55,095 nt of DNA from Bigelowiella natans CCMP2755. Lineage: Eukaryota; Protista; Cercozoa. The notes under the pieces are model-generated. The model had not been told where the DNA came from. It searched no databases and saw nothing but the letters and a program-made list of their open reading frames with translations. The translations under genes and the position numbers were made by a program. Every line of letters begins with the position of its first letter. Positions within the stretch are counted from its first letter, which is position 1. Below, one piece after another: positions 37,634 to 50,246 of the stretch. The stretch is taken from contig ADNK01003517.1 in NCBI GenBank assembly GCA_000320545.1, positions 1 to 55,095 of the forward strand. The letters are read 5' to 3'.

Positions 37634-38303
37634 CAAGGGTTTCTCACTCCCCGGGAATCCCGGCAGGGATGCGCGGACTTTCAAGGTGTGCCTTGTTTCG
37701 GCGGCAGCCGAAATTTTTTTCAGGATTTGAACTGAAAACGAAGATTTCCTTGCAAAAAATCGAATTTCATGTGTGAACATCCACATGGATTTCCATGGAT
37801 TTCTTTGGCCGAAATTGACGTGAAATCTCTGGCAACGCTCGCAACTTTTTTTCACACGAGCTAATTGGGGCCAACCCCAGCACACCACACCAACCTTCCT
37901 TGCCCTCTTTCCCTCATGTCAAATTCAGAGAAGTGTGTGTTGAAGAACGGGAGTCATGTGAGGGTGCATCATGAACACAACGGGGTCGTAGTTGCACACG
38001 ACAGTGTGATTTCTCTGCCAAAGTGCGGTTGGGGTCATGTGACGAGGAGGCAATTGCGAGGAGGCTGGACGGGAAGACACATCCTTGGGGAGAACTTGAG
38101 GCAACGTTCTCGGTTGCTGAGGACGAATGGCGTCACATCAGGAGAAGCTGCAAGGAGGATGGTTTGAAGGATGTGTGCCAGTCATGCCTGTGTGCTGACC
38201 ACACAAGATGCATGTGCAGATCCGGAACACACAACCCTCCAGAGCTGGCATCGCAGTGTTTGATTGCACGTTCACACACAACACACACACACACACACAC
38301 ACA

Positions 38304-38334
<31 letters not shown>

Positions 38335-38360
38335 CACACATGCACACATGCACACACACA

Positions 38361-38397
<37 letters not shown>

Positions 38398-38935
38398 CAC
38401 GTGCACACACACGCACACACCATGCACGTGTGCATCGTGGCTTGCCTTTTCTTCGTTCATCACTCGCTGTTGAATTTGAACACGTCATTTTGAAATTGTG
38501 AATCATTTCAGAAGAAATGTGCCAATTTTGACCAGTGAAAAATGAACTGGCATGAGCCCGCTGCGCCGCGCTGCGTGCACACTGCGCCTCGCTGCGCCTG
38601 CCACAAACTGCAAAAAATCATGCCTGCGCGCGCATTTTTGCTCCGGAAACGTTCAATTTTGTGTTTTGAGTTGTGAAAATTTGAGAGAAGAAAGATCTTT
38701 TTGCACCTGTCACTTTGGCATGGTTTTTGTGGAAGGAGGCGAAGTCAGGGGCGTTTCCGGAGCACTCAAAGTTTGTGCCCCACCCATTTTCGATTTTCCA
38801 AAAAACAATTTTTTTTGCTTTCCTGAGGGTCCTAGGGCCCTCACATGGTCCACAGGGGTCATGTGTGAAAGTTTGGAGTGGAATCCGCGCATGCTAGCAT
38901 GCCTGCCGGGATTCCAGGGGAGTGAGAAACCCTTG
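37634..38935. mobile_element. Non-autonomous TIR DNA transposon (hAT- or P-like), 1302 bp
   Basis: 34-bp TIRs caagggtttctcactcccc(g/t)ggaatcccggcagg at 37634-37667 and 38902-38935 (one mismatch). Identical 8-bp TSD tcatttct at 37626-37633 and 38936-38943. Confidence 0.9.
38273..38420. repeat. Imperfect (CA)n tract with TG interruptions
   Basis: cacacaca...catgcacacatgcacacatg... Confidence 0.9.
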
Positions 38936-39453
38936 TCATTTCTGGCTTTGAACAAGCCCGACATCGCAAAGAGGGCAGATCGAGGATGAGGGGGGCAAAT
39001 TGTGGATTTCAGCCCTGAGTTCTTCAGTTTCGTGAGTCCCAGCACGGAACATGAGTTTCAACAAAACACCCAAGTGACAATTGCCAAGTGACCGTGCCAC
39101 TCATCCAATTGCACTCATCTAGATGGCTTCTTCAGTGAGGAACAAGCTGTTACGGCTGCTGCACTCTTTCTCGGCAAGTTTCCAACACTGGATGGAACAA
39201 GAAAGTTGGATGTCGTAACTCCAAAATCTCTTCCGTTGGTAATTCAGACCTTAACTTTGTTTGAAAATCATCCTATTTCATTTTCAATGTATAATTTACA
39301 ATTACGACACAAGTTTTTAATTAAACTGCAAAAGAATCCACCACGCTTTGTGTCTGTCTGATAGGAGCGGAAGTTATTCCATTATTCCCGCCCCCTCTCA
39401 CTCCTCTTGCTTTTTTGGAAAGATAGCTACTTGTAGATTTTTCCGAATCTACG

Positions 39454-42400
39454 ATGTGGTTTTACCCTTCAACCATGCTGCGGTCAGCTGACATGTCGTA
39501 TGTCACGCTGAATGTACCTGACGATGAAGCTGGGATCGCCATTCAAAAGGTTGCTACCAAGTTCCGCAAACTACATATGATTGACATCAGCCTGGACGAT
39601 GATGAGACTGTTCAGAGGGCAAAACGAACAAAGCTGAAAATGGCAGATTTGACTATGATGGAACGAAAGCTCGATGAATTTGAGAGCCTTATGGCAAAGT
39701 ATGACATTGAGATGACCGTCGAGGCAGATGAGGATTTCGACCCGATTGGTGTCGCTCCTGGCCAGAACCGAAACCTCGCGGAAGAGATGAAGCAATGGTT
39801 CCGCGGAAAATCAAATTGTGATGAGCGAGATCTTAATGGAAATATTAATGCGATAAAGAGACTTGAGATACAAATTAACGAGCTTGATGAAAAGATAGAG
39901 GTACGCGCTAATATGATCCGTACATGACATTAGTCTTATTACGAGCAGTATATTTGATGATTGTAATTTTTCTCAGGTCTTAGAATTTGCCAAAGGATTT
40001 CCCTCACTATATGAAAAGAAAACGGGGGGGGCTGGCTACCAGACCGAGCTTGCAGATGTTGAGAGTGGAGAGAAAAAGACATCTTCTGCTGACAGGGAGG
40101 GATACAAGGTAGGTGCCACGCTGATCAGTTTTATGATTTTTTGAGTACTAAATACTAATATTACGTGTATGTAGGTGATTTGGGGAACCATTCCAACGCA
40201 CATGAAAAGCGGTTTCAAACGTACCCTGGCTCGAGTCTCTCGCTTTAATGCTGTCCCATACTTCAGTGGAGATGTAAGTTCAATTCGATATCATCGATCA
40301 ACCAGACTACTAAAAGTTTTTTTTCATTAGGAGATAAGACTTCTCGATAAAGGAGGATCAAATGAATTGATCAGCAAGGTTCCATTTTACGTTGTTACGG
40401 TCGGAAAGTATATCTCGTCGGCATTCACAGAGCGACTGGCACAATATATGAACATAGTCACCGTAGAGGTAAGATGTTCGTGTTGATACAAATTTAAGGC
40501 AGATGCCCTGGCTAAAACTACACGTATCATCCTGTAGGTACCGAGTTCCAAGCTTCGTGTTTCTGAAGCATTGGAGAAATATAGGAAAGACCGTTCCGAT
40601 ATGATGTTGGTGCTCAAGACTTCCAAAGCAGCTCTCCGTAAAACCCTTCGTAAATTTGCGAGGTGGGTAGGATAAGGAATAGGAAGAATAGAAATTGCCA
40701 TAATTCTGAAACTGGACAAATCTTATCTTATTTTTGTGGATCAACTTGAGTCAACTCTTTACACGCACAATAACAATTCCGAAATAATGTTTCACAGTTC
40801 CGAAACCAAAGAAGGGCAGACGTTCTGTCCCATAAAGTTGTGGCAGTCTGCACTTCGACAGGAGAAAGCTATTCTTGACGCTACATTAAAAATCCGCTGG
40901 CAAAGAAACTTTGTCGAGGTAGCTCCAAAACTGCTTTTTCAGAATACTCCTCTCCCTCTATCTTCCTTGTTTGTTTCTTCCAGTCTTGGTCACACTAATA
41001 TAGTTATGCGAATTGAATATTTTTGTTCGTTTTTCTGCTATTTTTTGGTTTGGAATTAAGATGGCCGGCTGGGTTCCGAGTGATGACGTTGGCACTTTAA
41101 TCCAAATTGTTAATTCTGAGCTTTCTGGGCGCTCAAATGTGAGTGTGAGGTCAGCTCCGGGTCCGAATAAAGGCGACCATGGAGAGATTAGTAGCCCTCC
41201 CACATACTTTCCGACTAATAGCTTCACAGAACAGTTTCAGTCCATTGTCGATACCTACGGTATTGCAACATACAAGGAAATCAATCCCGGCCTCTTTACC
41301 ATAGTTACTTTTCCATTCCTCTTTGGCGTGATGTACGGCGATATAGGGCATGGGGGATTCATGGCTCTAATGGGAGGGTACTTGGTTGCGAATGGTGCTA
41401 AACATGAAGAAATGATAAGAAAAGGAAAATTAGGAGAGCTTCTATCAGGAATGCATGAAGCACGATATGTGCTGTTCTTTATGGGGTTGTTTGGCTTCTA
41501 TTGCGGCAGCATCTATAATGATCTATTTTCGGTACCGTTAAGTATATTTTCGACACGGTGGGACAATAAAGGCTACTGGCAAGGTAGCCCTGGGGGTGGA
41601 GACGATCAATATCCATACGGCGTTGATCCTTCATGGTACGGAACTACAAACCAGCTGCAATTCATGAATTCACTCAAAATGAAGCTTAGCGTGATTCTTG
41701 GAGTGACACAGATGACCTTTGGTATCGCTCTCGGGGCTCTCAATCATATTTATGAGGGTGACTATCTTGGTTTGATTTTCGAATGGGTTCCGCGAATGCT
41801 TTTTATGTGCTGTACATTTGGCTATATGATCGGGATTATTATTTACAAATGGTGCGTTAATTGGGAGAACAGAAATGTTGCTCCTCCGTCTCTTATCCAA
41901 ACTATGATCAAAATGTTCCTTGCCCCTGGCATTGTAGAAGAGGAGAATGAATTGTACGATGGACAGGCAGAAGTGCAATTGTATCTCATCCTGATAGCGA
42001 TAGCATCAGTACCTATTATGCTATTTGCCAAGCCGCTGATAAAGCATTTTTGTTGTCACGGCGGCAGAGGGGGGGGGCGCAACAGCAGCAATGATGGGTA
42101 TGGTGAATTTGGAGTCCACGGTGGTGCTACAGAATTGAAAAGTGTTGTAACATCTACTAATGAGAAAACGGGACTTGTGGGAAATAGTAGTAGCAACACC
42201 AATCGAGGATATGGTTCACTTGATGATCATAAACAACAGCATGGTAGTACTAGTAGTCACCATGATGATGGTGATGATGATGATGAGCATGGTGGTATTG
42301 GTGAAATAATGATCCACCAAGGCATCCATACCATTGAGTTTGTACTAGGTTGTGTATCAAATACAGCGTCTTATCTCCGTCTTTGGGCACTTTCCCTCGC

Positions 42401-42668
42401 TCATGCCGAGTTGGCCGAAGTATTTTGGTCAAAATTAATTATGGGTTTGGGTCTCGAGAGTGGTGCAGGAGCTTTAGGATTGGTGATCGGGTTTGCAGCA
42501 TGGTTCTCTGCTACATTCGCAGTTCTCATCTGTATGGATACGATGGAATGTGTATTGCATGCACTTCGTCTTCATTGGGTAGAATTTCAGAATAAATTCT
42601 ATCGAGCCGAAGGATACAAGTTTGTTGCTTTAGATTTTCTCTCCAAAGAGTTTGTCTCCGGAGAGTAG
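39454..42668 (+). CDS. V-type H+-ATPase V0 subunit a (Vph1/ATP6V0A family), about 7 exons
   Basis: Motifs LRSADMSYV; PPTYF.TNSFTEQFQSIVDTYGIATYKEINPG..TIVTFPFLFGVMYGDIGHG; NSLKMKLSVILGV; IHTIEFVLGCVSNTASYLRLWALSLAH; LHALRLHWVEFQNKFY. Confidence 0.97.
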
Positions 42669-43216
42669 CTATATCTACACTCGTAAATTTACCGTTGGAG
42701 CTATTTTAAAGTTCAAAGGAAAAATAAAACTCTCAGGAACTTTGTTGATTGGAGCATAGTTGAATGCAAATACAATCACGATACATACGTCCAAGCAAAC
42801 ACGCAAAACAAAAATAAAATATTGATAAACGATCATATATATTGTACCAATGGATTCACCCGATAACACTCGATATCTGCCTAATCTGTATTTTCATGCA
42901 CCCGAGACGAGAAATACATGCAGAATTAATTATTATATCATGTGGTAGATGCAAATAATGCAAATATTTCAAGAATTATGAACCCTGAAATTCTTCCGGA
43001 TTTCATTCTATCTAGCTATGAACGATGAATTATGCGCAGTTGCACACAACACGGCTACGAGGGGTCACCGTTTATAGCGCGCAGCGTGAGATAATTCTCT
43101 CCGGTGCATGACGATGACATGACGCCCACATTTGCAACGTGTTCGAGCGACATCTAAACATGCTATGCGTGAGCAGGCGCATGGCTGTGCTAGCGTCTAG
43201 GCGTTACTATAGCATG

Positions 43217-43312
43217 CAAGACGGATGTAATGAATCAATTAAATTTGTTCAATGGCCATGCTCATCTAGTCATGTAGCTGTGCAATGCAGCGGCTACTAG
43301 GCTACAGCGCTA
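43217..43312 (+). repeat. Dispersed repeat homologous to 359-456
   Basis: caagacggatg(c/t)aatgaa...tt(a/g)ttcaatgg.cat...tgtagctgtgcaa.gcagcg...ggct(g/a)cagcgct is present at both sites. Confidence 0.8.
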
Positions 43313-43328
43313 ATGTTGAATCTGTTGG

Positions 43329-43690
43329 TGATGTGTTTCATGCAGTCAAATCCATGCATGTTGCTTCGGTCTTGAATGGCGCGCATTTCGCGTAGCGCAC
43401 TGCAGAGCACTGCAGCAGTGCGTGTTTCCTTCTCTTCGCAAGACAACCTTTTCGTTTGTTCGTCGTCGCGCATCGTCGATCACCATGTGGCAGTGAGCTG
43501 ATTCCTCAAGCAGCGTTGATGTGTGGTGTTCGCAGTGGGCATGCAAGAAAGAAGATGATCTACATCTTTGATGACGTTGAATCCATTGGTCTCCGCTGTG
43601 ATGTGTTTCATGCAGTCAAATGCATGCTGGCATGTTGCTTCGGTCTTGAATGGCGCGCATTTCGCGCAGCACTAGAGCAGTGCGTGCTTC
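43329..43690 (+). repeat. ~90-bp direct repeat, 2 copies 270 bp apart
   Basis: tgatgtgtttcatgcagtcaaat...gcatgttgcttcggtcttgaatggcgcgcatttcgcg(t/c)agc at ~43329 and ~43599. Confidence 0.9.
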
Positions 43691-43780
43691 TGTGCTAGCA
43701 TGTGACGATGTGGCAACATGTGGATTGAACACCTCTAGACCTAGTAGATTTGCGTTCGAAGCTGCAAAATGCAGCGTGGT

Positions 43781-44238
43781 ATAGGGACATTAATGTCCAT
43801 ATACGTGTACGCGTAAGGAACACATGTACCCAGGCACACCACGTGTACTAAAAAGAGCACATGTGCCATGTTCACGTCTACACGTGCACCAAAAAAGACA
43901 TGCACATGTACCAAAAATTGCCAAGCGTAGATGCAGTGCACGCAGTTCATATGCAATAGCACGCAGTTACACAGCATGCACTACTAATTGCACATGTGTT
44001 CATCTGTGTAGGTCTGATGCATGTGATTTTAGGCACATTACATATATCATTAGCGCTGTTATGATTACTTATGTAGTTAAGCTATTGCTACGACAAGCAA
44101 TGTGTGGCACACATGAATGCATGTAAGTACATGTGAGCGCTGTTGTTTGGCACACGTGTAGCTGTAGGTACATGTGAAGTATGTGATGTACACATGTAGT
44201 AGACGGAATACACGCATAGGGACATTAATGTCCATATA
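43781..44238. repeat. 23-bp direct repeats with a 14-bp palindromic core, bracketing ~410 bp
   Basis: atagggacattaatgtccatata at 43781-43803 and 44216-44238; the core ggacattaatgtcc is self-complementary. Confidence 0.85.
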
Positions 44239-45227
44239 GTGGTGCAGCAAAAAACATGTCATTTGCCAAGGCTAAAACTTGCGACTATGCACAACTAGAC
44301 AACTACATCGTGGACAAGCCCAGCATTGCACACGTGTAGATCGACATGATGTCCCACGACAAATGAACCATCAGCGCCAGATGGCTGTTCTAGTTTTGCA
44401 CACACGTCTAGATGCACTCACAATTTGTCACATCACATCATGCCTGCAACATGCTCTAGTGCTGATCACAAACTCAAATTACGAAACCAATTGACCGCCA
44501 TCATGAACAGAAACGACGACACAAAAGTGACTCCCTGCAATTGAAAAATATAAAAAAGAAACACGAGTGGCTGCGCGCAATGCGCGGCACATGGCACATC
44601 GACGACTTGCGAGCTAGAGAAAATGATGCGCATGCACATGCATGAAGCACGTGAAAGCAGAGACAGACAGACACAACATTAGAACATGAGCACTATGTGA
44701 TGTGTCGTAGCCGCTGCTTTGCACAGCTCTAGAGCTACGTGTTAGGCGATGACCATTGAAAACATTCATTCACTTCATCACATCGATCCGTCTCACGCAC
44801 ATCATGCTAGCATGCACTAGCATGCGCGATGACAACAGCTGAGACACATATGCATGTGTTGTGCCACAGTGCACGTGCGAAGCATGCACAAAGTGCTACT
44901 ACAGCATGACTAGCAGATAGATGAGTCTCGACCCATGTGCTACACTCATGTCTAGATGCATTTTTGTAATGCGTGTACTTGAACGGACGTACGTCTGGAT
45001 ATATGTCGTACATATACTGCAAGCTATGTGCAGTCGTTCATTTTGCAACACAATCACAATTGCGAATTAAATCTAGCATGTCATCAAGCATAACAAACTT
45101 CTGTTGTAAAATGTGACTTAAGTGGGAACAAGTTTGTACAATAATGTTTGTAAATCTATGACGTTGTACTAAATCGAAGACATTTTGCCGCCCTTTGCCT
45201 CTTTTGAATTTTCAAATACTCAGATCG

Positions 45228-47160
45228 CTATTCCCTTGTGTCTATGGTACTTGGAATCGAAGCTGGCGTAACTGATTCTGCGGTTGACGAGGAAACACTC
45301 GTCCTTTCAACTGTATCATCTCCCATAAATGTATCCAAGGGAAGGGCACATATCGCTGATTTGAAACGTGATTTGTTTTCATCTGAGTAGAAAGGAACAT
45401 TAAGTTTGATTTATTTCATTTATCATAGATGATTATTGTATACCGTTTGTCTTGTCCAGCCTGTCACTGTAGCTTATGTATAAAAGCGTATTTTTTTCTT
45501 CGTCAAAAATCCTCCGTACTTTAATACTCTGTATTGTTTTAAAGATGAGAACATAATGCAATTGAAGAACAATGATGATTCCATCAATATCATAATCATC
45601 ATCATCATCATCTTAAATGTAGCAATACCTTCCCGAAAAAGAGCGACCTACTTTCAGAAAACACTTCCTCTCCCTTAATATTGTTTTAGTACGAGAAATT
45701 AGAAACGATGGCAGCCATATCAAACACTTTTAAGAAATATGTTTCAATCACCCAGTGCATGTGTGTGTGTGTGGTAATAACATTTTTGTGGCGTTCTACG
45801 ACTATAAATACCGCTTTTGACTTGCTTACTCCTTTTTTTAAACGGATAGGACCCGTCTTAGCGCACGTAATTCCAACCTGTCAAATTATATTATAATTCA
45901 TCAAACTTATGGGTGCACATACTCGTGCATAGTAATATACAAACATGTACGTACCCAAGCAGAAGAGGAGGAGGAGAGGGGGGGGGGGAGGAGGGGGAGG
46001 AGGCAAATATATTATATACTTATAAATGTATACATAATATATATATTAATATATACATATATTCATATGTTTGTTACTTGTTTTAGTATGAGTCAAAAAA
46101 CGTGTCTTACTACCGCCCCAGGATCGTTGAATCCATTCTGAAATTTCTCAGTAATAGGAATTTGAAAATCAGAGATGTAAAGGGTCACACCTTCGACCTG
46201 TATGAGAAGAAAACGACACATATGTACTTCGCTTATGGTGTCAAGATTATCATTATTATCACCATCATCATCGTTTTTCGACGTCATCATCACGATTATG
46301 ATGGATGAATCGCAAAAGATGCAACTATACCAACCTTTGGATCATCTAATGCATCCACTTTAAGAGAATCTTTAAACACTAGGCCAGAAGTACCAAAATC
46401 CCCAACTGTCCGTGACGTCGAGCCCTTAGAAGATACGTAATCATGATAAAGTCGAGCCCTTCAAACAATATTAATGATGATGAAATATTACAGATATAGG
46501 AATAATATAAGCAGCTAGTACATAGGCATCTTGGGGTGCGACAGAAACCAAACTCGTTGCCGTGATCATCAGTGCCGCAAAGTATTTAAAAAGCCCTTTG
46601 TTGCGTCTTAGGTATTTAGCACGGTGTTCATTTTCCGTATTGCTTAAAGCTAGCGATTTAATCTTTAAGGCTCTGGCCTGATGCATAAAGTCGGATTACA
46701 GGATCATTATGATTAGATGATCTAGTTCTTCGTGACTACAAGTAGTTTCTTTTTTTTAAGTATTCGTGTCATTGGTTCCAACCAGCAAAGGAGACGGGCG
46801 TTTGTGTGAACTTTGCATCAACATCATCAAGTGGCTTGTCCTGCTGGGTCGTCTGGATGCCATGTGTGAAGTATCTTTCAACCTCTGAGGTATGGCAGCA
46901 GCAGGACGAAAAGGAGCAGTCGAAAACCCATAGGATGATCCCCTTGCCACCGGTGCTCCGCCGCATGAAAGACACATCCTACGAAAGCAACAATGTCACT
47001 GCTGATTTTTTATTTATTCTCTATATCATTCGATAGAATATAATAATCAAGGCAGGGATGTGCCTATTTCTACGACATCATGTTATCGTTACAGTGTCAG
47101 GAATATGCTCCAAATGAGAGGCTGGAATTGTCGAATTCCATAGAACCGTTCCTGAATCAT
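45228..47160 (-). CDS. creA: CreA-family protein with signal peptide + transit peptide + lumen-type targeting segment, about 9 exons
   Basis: Spliced exons give VGDFGTSGLVFKDSLKVDALDDPK-VEGVTLYISDF...FNDPGA-VGITCAKTGPI...-GEEVFSESRSLFFGK-SIKVRRIFDEEKNTLLYISYSDRL...-KSAICALPL, the CreA pattern. N-terminus MIQERF..PLIWSIFLTLMCLSCGG, then an Arg/Ser-rich stretch, then LRR..LFKYFAALMITATSLVSVAPQDAYG. Confidence 0.88.
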
Positions 47161-47230
47161 AGTCGAGACTTTTGCGAACCTGTTATTGTGGTGGGGGATC
47201 GAGCTTTCTTTTCTTCTTCTTAACGAGTTT

Positions 47231-47246
47231 AGAGATGGTTGTGTGA

Positions 47247-47282
<36 letters not shown>

Positions 47283-47301
47283 AGATGTTTGTGTGGTAGT
47301 G

Positions 47302-47335
<34 letters not shown>

Positions 47336-47348
47336 AGATGTTTGTGTG

Positions 47349-47382
<34 letters not shown>

Positions 47383-47442
47383 AGATGTTTGTGTGGTAGT
47401 GGTAGTAGTAGTAGTAGTAGTAGTAGTAGAGATGTTTGTGTG

Positions 47443-47476
<34 letters not shown>

Positions 47477-47562
47477 AGAAATAGTAGCGGCACCAGCAGC
47501 AGAAAAGGAGAGTAAAAGGAAACGAGAGTGTACAGGTATACTACCTTAGCCACTATCCCGTG

Positions 47563-47595
<33 letters not shown>

Positions 47596-47606
47596 TACAA
47601 CCATCT

Positions 47607-47637
<31 letters not shown>

Positions 47638-47650
47638 CACACAAACATCT

Positions 47651-47681
<31 letters not shown>

Positions 47682-47696
47682 CACACAAACATCTCG
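47231..47696. repeat. Fold-back array of [gagatgtttgtgtg + (GTA)n] units
   Basis: About five units on + (47231-47476) and three inverted units, e.g. (TAC)n-cacacaaacatctc (47563-47695). Confidence 0.85.
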
Positions 47697-48181
47697 AAGA
47701 CAGTGGTGGGGAGGAGTACGGAAAGTAAAGAGAAGGAAAGAAAGAACCTCTCCTCCTCTTCTTTCTCTCTCTCTCTGTTCTCTTTCTTTCTCTCCCGTCT
47801 GGGAAACGACGACGATCTCTTTCTCCTGACAAATACGTGTACCGTACTAGACTCATGACAAATAGTAGGATTATACATACGGCATACGGCATGATAATGA
47901 AATAATTTAGGTAATAATAGATCTAACAACTGTTCGTAGATGCCCCTCTTTAGTGGTAGATCTAGAAATAGTAGATCATTCTCCCATCTTTCCAAACTCT
48001 CTTAATAATGCCTTACGACAAATCCATATCATTGTCGCAGATGAAAATAGGATGGTTCTCCTAGGAAATATCAGCATGAATCATCAGATTATTTCCAGGA
48101 TTTCCTGATTTCCTTTGTTAGGATTTGTGGTGGGAGCAAAATCAATCAGGAGGCAGCAGCCATTCTCATCATTCCGAAACT

Positions 48182-48914
48182 ATGGCAAAGGGCTCCATCG
48201 CGCTTAAAAATTTGTTGCGACGAATCAAAAACCCTTTGAGCTTTCCCTATCTCAACGAGAAAAAGGCGAAAGATGGATTCTGGCACTCAAGACAAAGGTT
48301 AATTCAGTGCTTCTGTGAAGCTGTTCGGAACGATAATCATGTTAATTATCACATCGAAAAGGAACGGAGATTTTCGGCTGCTCACAAGCACTAAAAGATC
48401 GACAGAATCTAGTCAGTCGCAGGAAAGAGCGTCATCTCTGGAGAAGAAAATTAAATTTCAGGTTAACAAAATTAGTATGTTAAACAAGCATCATCATCAC
48501 CGATTCTATCTTACTATCTATACACAGGATGGAAAAATAGCTTACAAAAATCTTACAACAAGCCAACTCATCGTAAAATTTAATATTACGAATTAGCATT
48601 ACGTATAGGGACATTTCATTTTGGAATCCACCATTGCAATCATCAGCAGCGGCATCATCATCGTCATCATATTATTGTCCATGCACCACAGAGAGCATAT
48701 CTCGTGTTTAACATCTGCGGTTTCAGATGGGTTGTGAACAACAGGTCAATTGTAGGAGCAAGAATGAAAATAACTCTACAATCCTAACTACCTTCGTTGT
48801 CCACTCCTCTTTGAAAATAATCTTCCAAAGAGCACTGATAGATTGTGATTAAACAGTAGTATTACAACTACTAGTACTAACAGTTTTGTTGTGCACGTAG
48901 AGATCAATCGCCTG

Positions 48915-48973
<59 letters not shown>

Positions 48974-50041
48974 CTCTCTGATGATAGTTTATAATCCAGT
49001 GACCGATTGCTACAAGCATCTCTACGAATATTCGGAACAACGGTTGGTATCGTCATCTTCATCAATATCAGTGTGGTGGTAGGGGTGGTTTTGGGAGTTG
49101 TCAGTGCAGCCATGGCTCCTGGTTGAGTTTAAAGAAATCAAAATATCAATGTAATGCATACAGCAGCTTTTGTCAAGATTATTAACATATTCATGATCAT
49201 GAACAGATTGTTAAATGGGCTCTAAGGCCAACGATGTTTGGTCATTTTTGTGGGGGGGAAGATCTTAGGACTATACAGGTACTACTACTACCACAAACTA
49301 TCAGTTTCAAGTGGCATTCATGTTGTACAGCTAAATAATCACTATTATCAGCCAACAGTAGAAAACCTAAAAAGGTCTGGAATCGGTGGGATACTAGATT
49401 ATGCAGCTGAGGCAGATGTTGGCGGTAGTAGTAATTAGCAATGAATATTTGTATTAGTACCAAATTGTCTTTCTTACACAAAGGATACTAATAATACATG
49501 TGGTTGGATATTTTTTATTTCATATTTATAAATACAATATTTTTATATATTTATTACGTTGATCCTTGTCTCTGCATGATCATCACCGTCATCACATCCT
49601 CAGTAATTATCCCCAATATCTTCCTTAGTTTGTTCTCTGTTTGTTTTTCCTTTCTTTCCTTGTTCACAAGCGGACGTAACTATCTCAACCGCATCCGCAG
49701 ATAGCGATGTGCCAACGACAACTAGTGAGTACTACTTCGTAGTGATATAATCATCATTAATTAGCATCATCAAGTTGTTCAGAGAAAGTAGTAGCAAGAA
49801 GGCACGCATCAGATCTAGGACGACAAGTTTTAAATTAAAACAACAGCCGAAAAAGCCAATCCATGTGTTTATCAAAATGTTATTATCACTACTACTCTGC
49901 TCCTGAGATGCTATATTATTACACAAGTAAAGAGTAGAATCAACACAAAGGAGACAAATGCTGCCTATCTCTCTTGCCTTGAAGTTAGAGAACAATTCGT
50001 CGTGAGTACTCGTACACAAGTTAATTATAGTATATCTATCG

Positions 50042-50075
<34 letters not shown>

Positions 50076-50211
50076 ACTTTTTCCAGGGTCCAATCAGGCG
50101 TTGGCTCGAGAGTATAGTTATCAAACGGAGAGGCAGTGCGATGCAAATGTGAAGATTTTTGAAACTGCAATAAGGGCAGTACATGGTCAGTACTATTAGT
50201 GGTACTAGTAA

Positions 50212-50246
<35 letters not shown>

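Larger units (their letters stand above)
35794..39125. other. TpA-depleted intergenic block
   Basis: By hand count eight TpA lie between 36200 and 39125, six of them in CTAG. Confidence 0.9.

Noticed and set aside
35845-39045. Numerous overlapping Cys/His-rich ORFs in all six frames
   Set aside because: Loss of TA removes TAA/TAG stops and converts Tyr codons, creating spurious ORFs; they are not called as genes.
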